DNA of 64,000 nucleotides from Hypanus sabinus (Eukaryota). Both the position numbers and the translations under genes were made by a program. Positions 51,301 to 62,900 of the stretch are shown piece by piece. The notes below the pieces were generated by a model that saw nothing but the letters and a program-made list of their open reading frames with translations, was not told where the DNA came from and searched no databases. The DNA lies in assembly GCF_030144855.1 (NCBI RefSeq), contig NC_082710.1, positions 149,730,001-149,794,000 on the forward strand, read 5' to 3'. Each line of letters begins with the position of its first letter. Within the stretch, counting starts at the first letter, position 1.

Positions 51301-53750
51301 GACCAAGATGGCCACCCCCATGCCTCGCACGCGGCGGCAGCAGGAAAGATGGCAAACCCCATGTCTTGCACGCGGCGCTGCTCGATCCCGCTCGCAGTTT
51401 GGACTTACAGGCCTTGGCAAAGTGGCCCTTCTTTCTGCAGCTGGAGCAGGTAGCTTCTTGGGCCGGGCAGCATTTCCGGGGGTGCTTCTCGAGTCCACAG
51501 AAGTAACATTTCGCGGACTTGTGACTAGCAGCAGCCATGGTCGATTTGCCGGCGGGTTGCGGGGTCTGGGGCGTCCACGAGGCCGGCGGGAGATTGCGCG
51601 CCTGGAGAGCATCAGAGTTGTGCAGAGTGGCCTCCAGCATATCGGCCAGCTCAATTGCGGAATGTAAGGTAAGATCGGCATGTTCCAGCACGTACACTGA
51701 CCTGATCCCTGTGACGAAGGCGTCTCTTACTAGGAGCTGCGACATGTTGTTTGGCCATCAGCCCCTGGCAATCGCAGGCCCGCACGAGTGTCTGTAGGGC
51801 CCAGACAAACTCAGCGCTCGACTTTCCGGGCCATTACTGCCGCGTCGCTAAGTGATGTCATGCAAAGACGGTGTTTACCAGCCGCAGGTATTGTCTTCTG
51901 AGGGTGCTCACCGCGCCGTCGTAACTCAGCCAGTCTCTAATCATCGAGTAGACCGTGGACTGACCCTGGAGAGGAGAACTCTACACTGCGCAGCAGATTT
52001 AGTCACTTCAATCTCCTCCAGGTATGATTCGAAGCAGGCTAGCCAGAGTTTGAAAGTGTTTCCAGCCTCAGGTGTTCGCGGGTCGATGTCCAATTTGTCA
52101 GGACTCAAAACTAGTTCCATGCTTTAAAAATACTGCTAATAAAATTGATGCACTATCAATAACTCCAAAAGACTGGAAGTAGAGTAAGTACTGAAAGGCT
52201 TTTATTAACAGTAAAATGGATCCACGTCCATGCCGGATGACCACCCTGGACTGTGGGAGGAGCAGTGACACAATCACTTTTATCCAGGGATCTGTGGGAG
52301 AAGCCACAGGAACAGTCAGCAGAGCGGTGTGTTCAGACAGATATACATGGTTTACCACAAACCCCTTCCCCCCTCTGATCCTAGCTCTCATCCATGCTGT
52401 GTTTCACCATTCCCTCTGACCTTCCCCTCTCTGAGGCAGAATGTTCTGTCCTCAGTAAGGGCCTCACCTTTGTTCCCCTGCTCCCACACTTCAGTGAGTT
52501 TTGTGCCCACCATGATGCTTAGCTTTTCCTCCCTCACCTCCGTCTTCAAGCAAGGACTCTCCACCCCGCACCGATATGACCCCCTTCTCCCCTCTTCAAC
52601 CATCCTCCTCTTCCTGGGCACCTCACCCTGGTCTTCTGCCTGCTCTGGACCTTTTCATTGCCAACTGCTGATGGGACATTAACCATCTAGACCTGCATCT
52701 CCTTTCTCCATTTCCAACCTCACTCCTTCTGAGCACTGTACTCCCACTTCTTCTGCTCCAATCCTAACAACACCATCACACCCACAGACAAGGGAGGTGC
52801 TGGCGTCTGACCTCTATCTCACTGAGGCTCAGCGTCAACTCACAGACACCTCCTCTTACTTACCCCTCGAATAGGATCTCACTAATGAGCACCAGGCAAT
52901 TGTCTCCCACACCGTCACCAACCTTATTAGCTCTGGGGATCTCCCATCCACTGCCACTAATCTCATAGTTCCCACACCCCTACACTTTCTGTTTCTACTT
53001 CCTACTCAAGATCCACAACCCCACTTGTCCAGGTAGACCCATTGCTTCAGCTTGTACCTGCCCCACTGAACTGATAACAGCATATCTTGACTCTGTTTTA
53101 TCCCCCTAGTTTAGTCCTTTTTACCTACATTCATGACACTTCACACGCTCTTGATCTTTTCAAACATTTTGTTCCCTGGCCCCCATCATCTTATTTTTAC
53201 AATGGATGTCCCAGTCCCTGTACACCTCCATCCTCCACCAGGATGGCCTCACAGCTCTCTATTTTTTTCTGGACTCCGGGCCTAACCAGTTCTCCTCCAC
53301 TACCACTCTCCTCCACCTAGCAGAACTTGTCCTTACTCTCAATAATTTCTAATTTGGCTCTTCCCACTTCCTTCAAACAAAAGGGGTAGCCATGGACACT
53401 CGCATAGGTCCCAGAAATGCCTGTGTGTTTGTTAGCTATGTGGGACAGTCTAAGTTCCAAGCCTCACTGGTCTATCCCCCACTTTTCCTTTGCTACATCA
53501 ACAACTGCATTGGTGCTGCTTACTGCACCCATGCCAAGCTCATTGACTTCATCTGCTTTCCTCCAGCTTCCACCCTCAAATTTAACTGGCCCATTTCTGA
53601 CAACTCCCTCCCCTTTCTCAATCTCTCTGCCTCTATCTCTGGAGAAAGTTTATCCAATTTGGATAACTTCCAAACTGATTGGATGAACATCAATTTCTCA
53701 AACTTCTGGAAATGCTCCCCAACCCCCTCTCCTTCACCATTCCCCATAAT
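48320..53750 (+). mobile_element. Penelope-like element (RT region) hosting the Gypsy insertion
   Basis: Sequence continues across the Gypsy TSD; SEAECSVLSKGLTFVP, FLQTKGVAMDTRIGP..ACVFVSYVGQS. Confidence 0.8.
48462..52359 (-). mobile_element. Gypsy LTR retrotransposon, 3'-truncated and capped by an inverted LTR fragment
   Basis: Full LTR 52146-52359; gag CCHC (CYFCGLEKHPRKCC..CSSCRKKGHFAKAC), protease CLFGTGSTESF, RT YLDNI, RNase H ESDASD, integrase IIDEYSRF/HSDRG/GNGQVERE; frameshifted; TSD AACCC at 48457-48461 and 52360-52364. Confidence 0.93.
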
Positions 53751-53759
53751 TTTAGCAAG

Positions 53760-54900
53760 AGGAAATCTCCTAGGTAGCAGCAGGGTATATGAAAACCAAG
53801 TAGGACAGTCACTGTGTCTATGTAGGTCTGAGGTGTGGAGTGTAGGCATTGCATGGAGGGGTGAAGGGTGCTGAGGGGCTAAGAAGTGGAGTGATGTGGA
53901 TGTAGTAATGGTGGTGGCATGGGTTAGTAGGTGGAGGTATTGATCTGCCTGATGCCTTGGGAGAAGGAACTGTTTTTCAGTCTAGTGTTCCTAGTGTGAA
54001 TGCTAGCCTCTTCTCTGATGGGAGAGGAACAAACAGTCCATAACTAGGGTGGGTGGGATCCTTCATGATATTTCTGGACTTTTCCCAGGACTATTTTCTG
54101 TTGTGTCCTTGATGGCGGGGAGGCTGGTGCCGATGATGCATTGGGCAGTTTTAAATACCCATTATAGAGCCTTCCTGTCTGCTGCAGTACAGTTTCCATA
54201 TCACACGGTAATGGAACATGTTAGCATGCTCTCAACTTTGCATCTTTAGAAGGTCTTGAGTGTTGATGTGCATAGTTATGCTCTCTTCAGCACCTTTGAA
54301 AGTACAGGCATTTGTGAATTTTCTTGACTGTGCAGGAAGTGTTCTTGCACCGTGAGAGGTTGTTCAAGATGTGCACTCCCAGGAGTTTGAAATCGCTCGC
54401 AGTTTCCACCGCTGTGCCACTGATATGAAGAGGGGTGTGAGTGGTGCAGATTTCACTGAAGTCCATAACCATCTCCTTTGTCTTGTTGGCATTGAGGAAA
54501 AAGTTATTTTGCCTAGAACCAGGTTTAGAGCTTCCACCTCCTCTCTGCAGGCATTTCAACATTGTTGGTGATAAGCCTCATCACTGTCATGTCATTGATA
54601 AACCTGACAATGAGATTGCTCAGGGGTTTGGCTGTGCAGTCTTGTATGAGCTCTGCACACGGCCCACTAAGAGGCAATAATTCACAAAAACCCAGTACCA
54701 TCACCCTCAGTCTCCTATTGCCAAGTCAAGTTTGGATCCAATTTGCCCCTTTGCTCTGGATTCCATGGGCCCTAGCCTTTTGGACCAGTGTCCCATGTGG
54801 GACCTTGTCAAGTACCATACACTGCATCCACCATGGTCACTGCACTGTCCTGATCAATACGTTTTGTTATATCCTCAATGAATGCAATCAGAATGATTTG
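53760..54900 (-). mobile_element. Rex1/Babar LINE fragment
   Basis: LNANKTKEMVMDF..HISGTAVE..KLLGVHI. Confidence 0.8.
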
Positions 54901-55439
54901 CCTTTGGCCATCTCTGAGCAGTCACAGTCTTTCCAAGTGATCATTAATCCTGTCTCTTAGAAATTTTTACAGTAACTACTCCAGTAGTGATGTTAGGCTC
55001 AGAGGTCAACAGTTACCATGCTCTTCCTTGATGACCTTGAAAAGGTGGAACATATGTGCCATCCTGTCATCATCTGGTTTCTTACTTGTGACTGGCACAG
55101 ATGTAAAATTCTCAGTCAGATCCCCAGAAATCTATGGCCCTGTTTTTCATAGTGGTCTAGGATAAACATCATCTGGCTAACTAAGGCATGCAGTATCTAC
55201 TCTTTATTTATGGAGACCTGCACTAGGCTTTTACCTTCCCCTTCACTGCATTCTCCAACTGCACAGTCAAAGGTCGCGAGGACAGGGGGCAAGCCTGAGA
55301 CTTTCAAGTATATTATTACTGCTGTGTACCTACATCTACTGATGCTTCTGGATGCATCTTCAGTGATGTTCCTGGAATCATCGGGTGTTTCGGGTCTTTC
55401 AACATCACACACCGTCCTCTAGGTACCCAGCCAGGGCTG

Positions 55440-55690
55440 ATCAGACCCCAGCTTGTGTCCAGATGGCTAGCTACTTATGACTCCATGGCTCCCCTCTTTT
55501 GAGCCACAGCCATCTTGAGGCCCTCTCTGCCCCATCTGTGGTCCTGCAGATGGCTCTCCTCTTCCTCTCTCCCTCGATGCCCAAATTGCTGAAGGCTCTG
55601 GCTAAGGAATGGGCTGTGAATCCCCTAAAACCAACTTCCACTGGGCTGACAATGATTGCTGTCATGGCTTGTAGCTTCCTATCAACCTCT
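55440..55690 (-). mobile_element. C-terminal fragment of an RLE-type (HERO/NeSL-like) non-LTR retrotransposon
   Basis: PVEVGFRGF..LGIEGERKRRAI..AERASRWLWLKR. Confidence 0.65.
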
Positions 55691-55727
55691 CCCTTCGCCT
55701 CCACAGTATTATGGAGAAAAAAATTGA

Positions 55728-55895
55728 GGGTAACACAGTGGTACAACTATAGAGTCATTGCCTCACAGATCAAGAGCTTTGAGTTCGTTACTGACCTTAA
55801 GTGCTTTCTGTGTGAAGCTTGCACATTCTCCCTGTGACCAAGTGGGTTTCCCCAGATGCAACGTTTTCCTCCCATATCCCAAAGATATGATGGTT
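55728..55895 (+). mobile_element. Degenerate V-SINE
   Basis: tRNA-like head and gtgggtttcccagatgc..ttttcctcccatatcccaaaga V-domain. Confidence 0.6.
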
Positions 55896-56875
55896 GGTTT
55901 ACCAGACAGGGCCCTAAACAGTCCTTCCAGGTGAGGCAACACTTCACCTGTGAGTCTGTTGGGGTCATATATTGTGTACAGTACTCCTGGTGTGGCCTCC
56001 TGTATATCGGTGAGACCCAACATAGATTTTGAGACCACTTTGCCGAGCACCTATGCTCCATTCGCCAGAAAAGGCAGGATCTTCCAGTGACTGCCCATGT
56101 TAATTCTGTTTCCCATTCCCATTCCAACATGTTAATCCATAGAATACGTACACAATGCTGGAAGAACTCAGCAGGTCAGGCAGCATCCGTGAGAAAAGAG
56201 TAGCCAACGTTTCAGGCTGAGACCCTTCATCAGGACCGTTCATCAGATTCCTGATGAAGGGTCTCGGCCCGAAATGTTGGCTACTCTTTTCTCACGGATG
56301 CTGCCTGACCTGCTGAGTTCTTCCAGTGTTGTGTACATGTTCTTTGACCCACAGCATCCGCAGTTGTATTTTTGTATGTTAATCCATAGTTTCCTCTACT
56401 GTCGTGATGATCCAACTGTCTCAGGTTCGAGGAACAACACCTTGTCTGGATAGTCTCCAACCTGATGGCATGAACATCAATTTCTCAAACTTCTGGTAAT
56501 GACCCTCCCCTCTCCTTCACAATTTCCCATTCCCTTTTCCCTCTCTCACCTATCTCCTTGCCTGCCCATTGCCTCCCTCTATTGCTCCTCCCCCTTTTCT
56601 TTCTTCCATGGCCTTCTCTCCTCTCCTCTCCCATCTCCTGCCCTTTATCTCTTCCAGCAATCAACTTCCCAGCTCTTTAATTTACCCGTCCCCCACCTAG
56701 TTTCACCTATCACCTTATGTCTCACCCTCCCCTCCCCCCAACTTTTAACTCTGATTCCTCATCTGTTTTTTCTCTGGGCTTGCTGAAGTGTCTCAGCCCA
56801 AAACTGTCGACTGTACTCTTTTCCATTGGTGCTATCTAACCTGCTGAGTTCCTCTATCATTTTGTGTGTGTTGAC
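55895..56875 (+). mobile_element. Penelope-like GIY-YIG and 3' end, containing a hairpin insert
   Basis: GVIYCVQYSWCGLLYIGETQ; EEQHL..SLQPDGMNINFS. Confidence 0.85.
56143..56375. mobile_element. Palindromic PLE-terminus insertion with 14-bp TSD
   Basis: TSD ATGTTAATCCATAG at 56129-56142 and 56376-56389; ~95-bp inverted arms (56141-56235 and 56249-56343). Confidence 0.85.
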
Positions 56876-57224
56876 AGGATCATTCAATCTCTTGTTATGA
56901 TTAATAATCTCTAATCCAGCCAACCTGTTTGTAAATCTCTTCTACACCCTCTACTACACCTTCACGTCCTTCTGTAATGCAGTGACCAGAATTGCATACA
57001 ATACTCAGTTCTCCCCGTTCTGTGTTTGTGTCAAGCCCCCTCTATGTTTTCTGACATTATGATAATGAATAGATCTGCTGAGAGCGGCTTGCAATGAGTT
57101 GCCAGGTTCTTGTATGATCTTGAGGACGAACAGCATCCTCTTGATATCAGTATGTATATAGGCTTCTGATGTAAATCATCCCCTGTGAGATATGTCCTCA
57201 TTAATCTTATCTTTCTTCCTCCAG

Positions 57225-57375
57225 ATCAACAGTCCAGGGCCCGCCCAGAGACTGCCTCCATCTACCGGTTCATCTCGGCCCACTTATGAGACTAGCATGC
57301 GATCCACGAATCCGATGGATAACGCCCAACTGAAGCCATTCCTGCAGCAATAAACCTTCGACTTCAGTAACCGGT
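57225..57375 (+). other. MHCIIA: Probable MHC IIA exon 5 (3'-UTR only) with polyA signal
   Basis: Unused donor 2 nt after the stop codon. Non-repeat island with a strong acceptor (cttatctttcttcctccAG, 57224), AATAAA at 57349-57354 and a downstream GT-rich tract (gtttgtctgtttgttgt). Linkage to exon 4 is inferred. Confidence 0.65.
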
Positions 57376-57993
57376 CTCCGTTTGTCTGTTTGTTGTACCA
57401 GATTGGTTAATCCCGGGTCAGAGATGGGTAAGCAATCCCCAAGCAGGGTCCCGGTTGATGGCTCCAGTGTTGCAGGGTGCTCCAGAGTCAGACAGAGAAT
57501 GTGGGGATATGCGTGGTGGGTAATCCTCAGAATAGAGGGGCATCCTTTTAGAACGGAGGTGAGGAGGAATATCTTTAGCTGGAGAGCGGTGAGTCTGTGG
57601 AACCTGATGAAGGGTCTCAGCCATAGAGGGATCCCATAAAAGATCCTTTTCCATAGATGCTGCCTGGCTTGCTGAGTTCCTTCGAAATGTGTGTGTTGCT
57701 TGGATTTCTAGCACCTGCTGTTTTTCCCTTGTTTGGAATCTGTGGAATTCTTTGCTACAGGCAGCTGTGGAGACCAAGTCATTATGTATATTTAAGGCAC
57801 AAGTTCGGGCATGAAGCAATACGGGGAGAAGGTAGGAGATTGGGGCTGAGAAAAATCGTATTGAAATGACAGAGCAGACTCAATGGACCAGATGGCCTAA
57901 TTCTGCTCCTATACCTTATGGACTTATGGTCTAATGCATCTCCTGTCTAGAAACGGAAGTGTGTTCAGTCACTCCCCGCCCACCAGTGGACAC

Positions 57994-58225
57994 TGATGCA
58001 CCATCAATAACTCTCTGAGACGTGAGGCGAGATATCGGCTTTTATTGACTGGAAGAAAGAACAAGCAGTACTTGACCACCATACTACATCCTGGAGACTG
58101 AGGGCTGGGCTCAGGCCTCAATTGCCTTTATACCAGGGTCTGTGGGAGGAGCCACGGTCAGTGGGAGGGGCCACAGGAGCAGTCAGCAGGGGGCGTGTCC
58201 AGACAGGTATATGTAGTTCACCGCA
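57994..58225 (-). mobile_element. Solo LTR related to the Gypsy family at 48462-52359
   Basis: TGATGCACCATCAATAACT... resembles 52146 onward; perfect 5-bp TSD GACAC (57989-57993 and 58226-58230). Confidence 0.85.
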
Positions 58226-58699
58226 GACACGATGTTCGCAGTCGGAAGTTGAAGCTTTAACTCGCATATCACGACCTTTCAATTCACGTCAGTTCCAGGG
58301 GCTGTGACTGAGCAGGTCCTAACTCACACCGAAATCACAATGAGAGAGTTTATACCAGGTAAACTGTTTTCCTGTTGTCCGAAACAATTACACCAGGGGA
58401 GGTAAACCCCTCTCGGCAAAACAACGTTGGGAATGCAATGTGGAGGCAGGGGTGTAGATAGCTTGGCGTAGCCCCCGAACAGTGGGTGCAGGGTGTATGG
58501 CCAGGCAGTTCCTCACACTGATCACCACCCGGGGTTTAATCTGACCAGCTCAGATCCCCAACACTCCTGTCCTCATAAACTGACCTCGTTCCATTTTCCT
58601 GGCAGTCACAATCCCCATCCTCTTATCAACGTTTCCGTACTAAAAAAAAGTGTATTGCCAGTGTGTCAACACTACAACAGAAACACTATAAACTATAAT

Positions 58700-59400
58700 A
58701 ATAATAACTAACACCAAATTAAAATATTCCCATCATCTATGGTACCATTTATACCTTTTCAGTGCCCAACTGTTCCGGAACACCTCCATGGTAGCTGTGG
58801 ATACGATGTGTTCTTTCTTCAGCTATACCTGGGAGCGAGCGTACTTCCTGGAAAATTTCTAGTCAGCTCGGGCCATCCCCTTCACTACATGCCTCCAGGA
58901 CCCACAGATAGCTAATTTGGCCATCCGCACGAACAAGTTTACCAGGACATCCTCCTCTCGTTCTGCCCATTCCCGACTGGATGACAAATATAAAGAAGGT
59001 GGGGCTGAATGCAACGAGAAGGCGAGGAGCACACATGAAGTTAGGCAAATAGGGTTGCAGCCTTGCCACTCTGAGTACAGGCTTATAAAATTATTACAGA
59101 GCTCCATCTCAGGACTCCAATGTACAAGGGAAGGACACCAGAATATCCTCTGGGAACTCATTCACTCCCAGGTGAAAATACTGAAAGCCATGGTATGTAT
59201 GGACAGTGAAGGGGGGGGGGGGGTGAAGTGGGCAAAGAAAAGTGGTAACCCCTATGGGTATTTCCTAACTGCACCTTGGAATGGCATTGTGGGTGTTGAC
59301 AAGATATGGCTCAAGTTGTGTAGTACCAGCTCTCAAATAAGATTTTGGGGCCTGAGTCTGACAAGTAATTCCGACTGAGTGGAATCGCTGCACGCATCTA
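58700..59400 (-). mobile_element. Tx1-type LINE 3' fragment
   Basis: LLAFSLH..EEDVLVNLFVRMAKLAICGS. Confidence 0.65.
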
Positions 59401-59699
59401 ATCCAAACCAATACCCGATGAGGTTGGTCATTCTGTCAGCCTGGTCCCAGCTGAGGCAACCATGTCCCATGCTTTTAGCTGGCCCCAATATGCTACAAAA
59501 ACCCTATGGACAACTGCACTATCCATAGGTTTGCCATGAGTCGACCGACAGAGTCTCAACTGCACTCAACAACAGATAGACACCAGGCAACCCCTGCAGA
59601 TCATGAAGGCAGCCGCCCCTCCAGAGTACATCATCAATATGTCCCACCTAGGAGGGTGCTTGGCGTATACAGGAATTTCTACAAGGTTCTGAAGCAAAG

Positions 59700-60890
59700 A
59701 TACCATAAGACCATAAGACACAGGAGCAGAATTAGACCATTCAGCCCATCAAGTTTGTTCTGGCATTCCTTCATGACTGACTTATCCTTCTCAATGCCAT
59801 TCTCCTGCCCATCTTTGAAGTCCTGACTAATCAAGACCTATCAACCTCTGCTGTAAATATATCCAATAACTTGGCTTCCATAGCCTTCTGTGGCAATGAA
59901 TTTCACTGATTCATCATCCTCTGGCTAAAGAAATTCCTCCTCATCTCCATTTTAAAGGGATATCCTTGTACTGTGAGGCTGTGTCCTCTGGTCTTCGAGT
60001 GCCCCAGTACAGGAAACAACCTCTCAACGTCCAATCTGTGTAAACCTTTTAATATTTGATAGTTTTCAATGAGACTCCCTCCCCACTGCCCCCATTCTTC
60101 TAAACTCCAGTGAGTACAGGCTCAGACCTATCAAATGCTCCTAATACATTAACCCTTTCATTCCCAGAATAATTCCTATAAACATCCTCTGGATGCTGCA
60201 CATCTTTTCTAAGATAAGGGGTCTAAAACAGCTCATAACACTCCAAGTGCTGTCTGACCATTGCCTGAAGTAGCATCAGCAGTACATTGTTGCATTTATA
60301 TTCTAGCCCTCTTGAAATAAATGCTAACGTTGCATTTGCCTTCCTCACCACCAACTTAACCTGAAAGTTAACCTTTAAAGAATCCTGCACAAAGACTCCC
60401 GTCCCTTTGCACCTCTGAATTTTAAAGTTTTCTCCCCATTTATGAAATAGCCTACATTTTTATTCCTTCTACTGTACATTTCCCTACATTATATTCCATC
60501 TGCCACTTCCTTGCCCATTCACCTAATCTGTTTAAATCCTTCTGCAGACTCCCAGCTTTTTCAAAACTACCTGCCCTTCCACCTATCTTTGTAACATCTA
60601 CAAACTTGGTTAGTACACCATCATCCAAATCATATAATGTGAAAAGAAGTGGTCCCAACACTGACCTTTGAGGAATACCACTAGTTACCAGCAACAAACT
60701 AGAAAAGAGCCCATTTATTCTTACTCTTTGCCTCCTGATAGTCAGCCAATCTTCTACCCATGCTAGATTCTTTCCTGTGATACCACAGGCTCTTATCTTG
60801 TTAAGCAGCCTCATGTGCCACACCACATCAAAGGCCTTCTGAGAGCCGTCAACTGTATATGTAGTCACACCAGCCACTGTCCATCTGTCA
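59700..60890 (-). mobile_element. CR1 LINE RT/3' fragment
   Basis: QKAFDVVWHMRLLNKI..VTSGIPQRSVLGPLLF..KFVDVTKIGG. Confidence 0.85.
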
Positions 60891-61749
60891 GATCATTGAT
60901 GCAAAGAACCAGCATCTTTTTATTGGCTCAGAAGTCCTCTCACTCAGTCATACTGTCATAGGACACTATGGCACAGAAACAGGCCCTTCAGCCCTCCTAA
61001 TCTATGCCAAACATCTACTCTTCTTAGTCCCATCAACCTGTAACCGGATCATACCCCACCCATTCATGTATTTATCCAGACTTCTCTTAAATGGTATAAT
61101 CTAACCGGCATCCAACATTTCCATTTGTAACTTGTTCCACACTCACACCAGCATCTGAATGAAGTTCCACAATAATCAGAATCAGAATCAGGTTTATTAT
61201 CACCGGCATGTGTCATGAAATTTGTTAACTTAGCAGCAGCAGTTCAATGCAAAACATGATAATATAGAAATAAAAAATAAAAAAATAATTAAGTAAATCA
61301 ATTACTGTATGTATATTGGATAGAATAAAAATAGTGTAAAAACAAATAACTTATATTGTATAAAGTGATGTAGTATTCATGGGTTCAATATCAATTTATG
61401 AATCGTCTGCAAGAGGTGTAGAAGCTGTTCCTGAATTGCTGAGTGTGTGCATTCAGGCTTCTGTACCTCCTACCTGATGTAACAATGAGAAGTGGGCATG
61501 CCCTGGGTGATGGCGACCTGAATAATGGATGTTGCCTTTCTGAGGCACTGCTATGTGAAGATGTCTTGGATACTACGGAAGGTTGTACCCAAGATGGAGC
61601 TAAATAAATTTATGACATGTCCCCCTTAAACCTTAACCTATGACCTCTATTTCTAATCTTAATGAACCTCAGTGGGAAAAGCCTGCTAACATTTACCCCA
61701 TCTATAACCCTCAAAATTTTGTATACCACCCCTCATTCTCCTATGCTCC

Positions 61750-62900
61750 ACTTGGGACACCTCTCACTACCAAGTCGAAAAATCAACCACCATGGCGTGT
61801 TGGGACAGTGAACTAGGGCTAGGAATTAGAGGGTGTGGAGCAGTAATTCATACAGGTACCTCCTACCTGAATTTTTGCATGATATTGTAGGTGTCGATGA
61901 GATATAGCTCAAGTTATATGGTACCAGCTTCCAGATAAGATTCTGGGGCCTAGGTACAATGAACAACTCTGCCTGAGCAGAAGTGAGGCCAGCCAGAATC
62001 TTCCAAGGACTTGATTTGCACCAACACCCAGTGAGATAGGACAGTTCCCTCAGCAAGGACATCACCCTTTGCTAGAGTAGGTGTTGTAGTTGGAAGCAAC
62101 CATGTTCCAGACTTTTAGTAGGTACCATTAGAAGTTCTACTGATCACCATGGTTGATACCTTCTGCGTGTGGCTAAGTCTCCAGACCTCTGGAGAAAGTA
62201 CGACTCCAGTACATGCAACTTTAGAGGATTCTCGGTGAACATGAATCTCGAGGGGTCTGAGGTCAAGAGCCACTAATCCTGTATGTTCACACAACAGTTC
62301 ACTATCTACCCTCTCCCACTCTGGAGATGCAGGACCATCGTCGTTTCCTGTCACCCCAGAAGTCCATTCACTTCCTCTGGATTTTACTGGAAAAAACAGG
62401 GAGTGAAGTTAAGGTGACCATCCAATACCACAACATAAAGGCCACCATTTGGTTTACAACTGCACCCTACCTCAACAGGAAAGCACTCTAAGGAGGCCTG
62501 ACCAGTGACTCCATTGGGCCATGACCTTTGCCTCCAGGTCCTGCCAGTTCACCAGTCAGTTCTCCCCCGAAGGGCTCAGGGAGACTCCCAGATAGAGGAG
62601 ATGTATGGTACTCCATGTAAATGGTCTCATCTCCTCCAGCAGAAAGTTCACCTGCTACTCACCAACTAAGAGTCAAACACTTTGGGCGATTGATCCCGGC
62701 AAAGGACACTGCCAAGATGACCTCCTTGCACTCACACACCCTCCACAGGTCATGGGGATTTGAAACCATAAAGAGCCTATAGCTGACAGAGGATAGAAGT
62801 TAATATCTATGTTTAGCTCGTGCAGGACCAGACTAGTTAACACTGTGCAGATGGTGTACAACTGGCTAGACAAAGGGCATACCCAACTATTCAAGATTCA
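61750..62900 (-). mobile_element. Tx1-type LINE ORF2 fragment
   Basis: Shares tagggctaggaattagaggg with about 15800; GVVLSPEVW; RYLYELLLHTL. Confidence 0.6.

Noticed and set aside
12125-57735. Repeated aaatgctggaggaactcagcagg motif as a CRISPR-like or satellite array
   Set aside because: Copies are dispersed, occur on both strands with TSDs, and are attached to Penelope GIY-YIG ends in a eukaryotic genome.
58349-58367. Mini-exon ATG AGA GAG TTT ATA CCA G|GT resembling the tubulin MREI start
   Set aside because: Only MRE matches; length and phase do not fit tubulin exon 1, and no downstream exons are seen.
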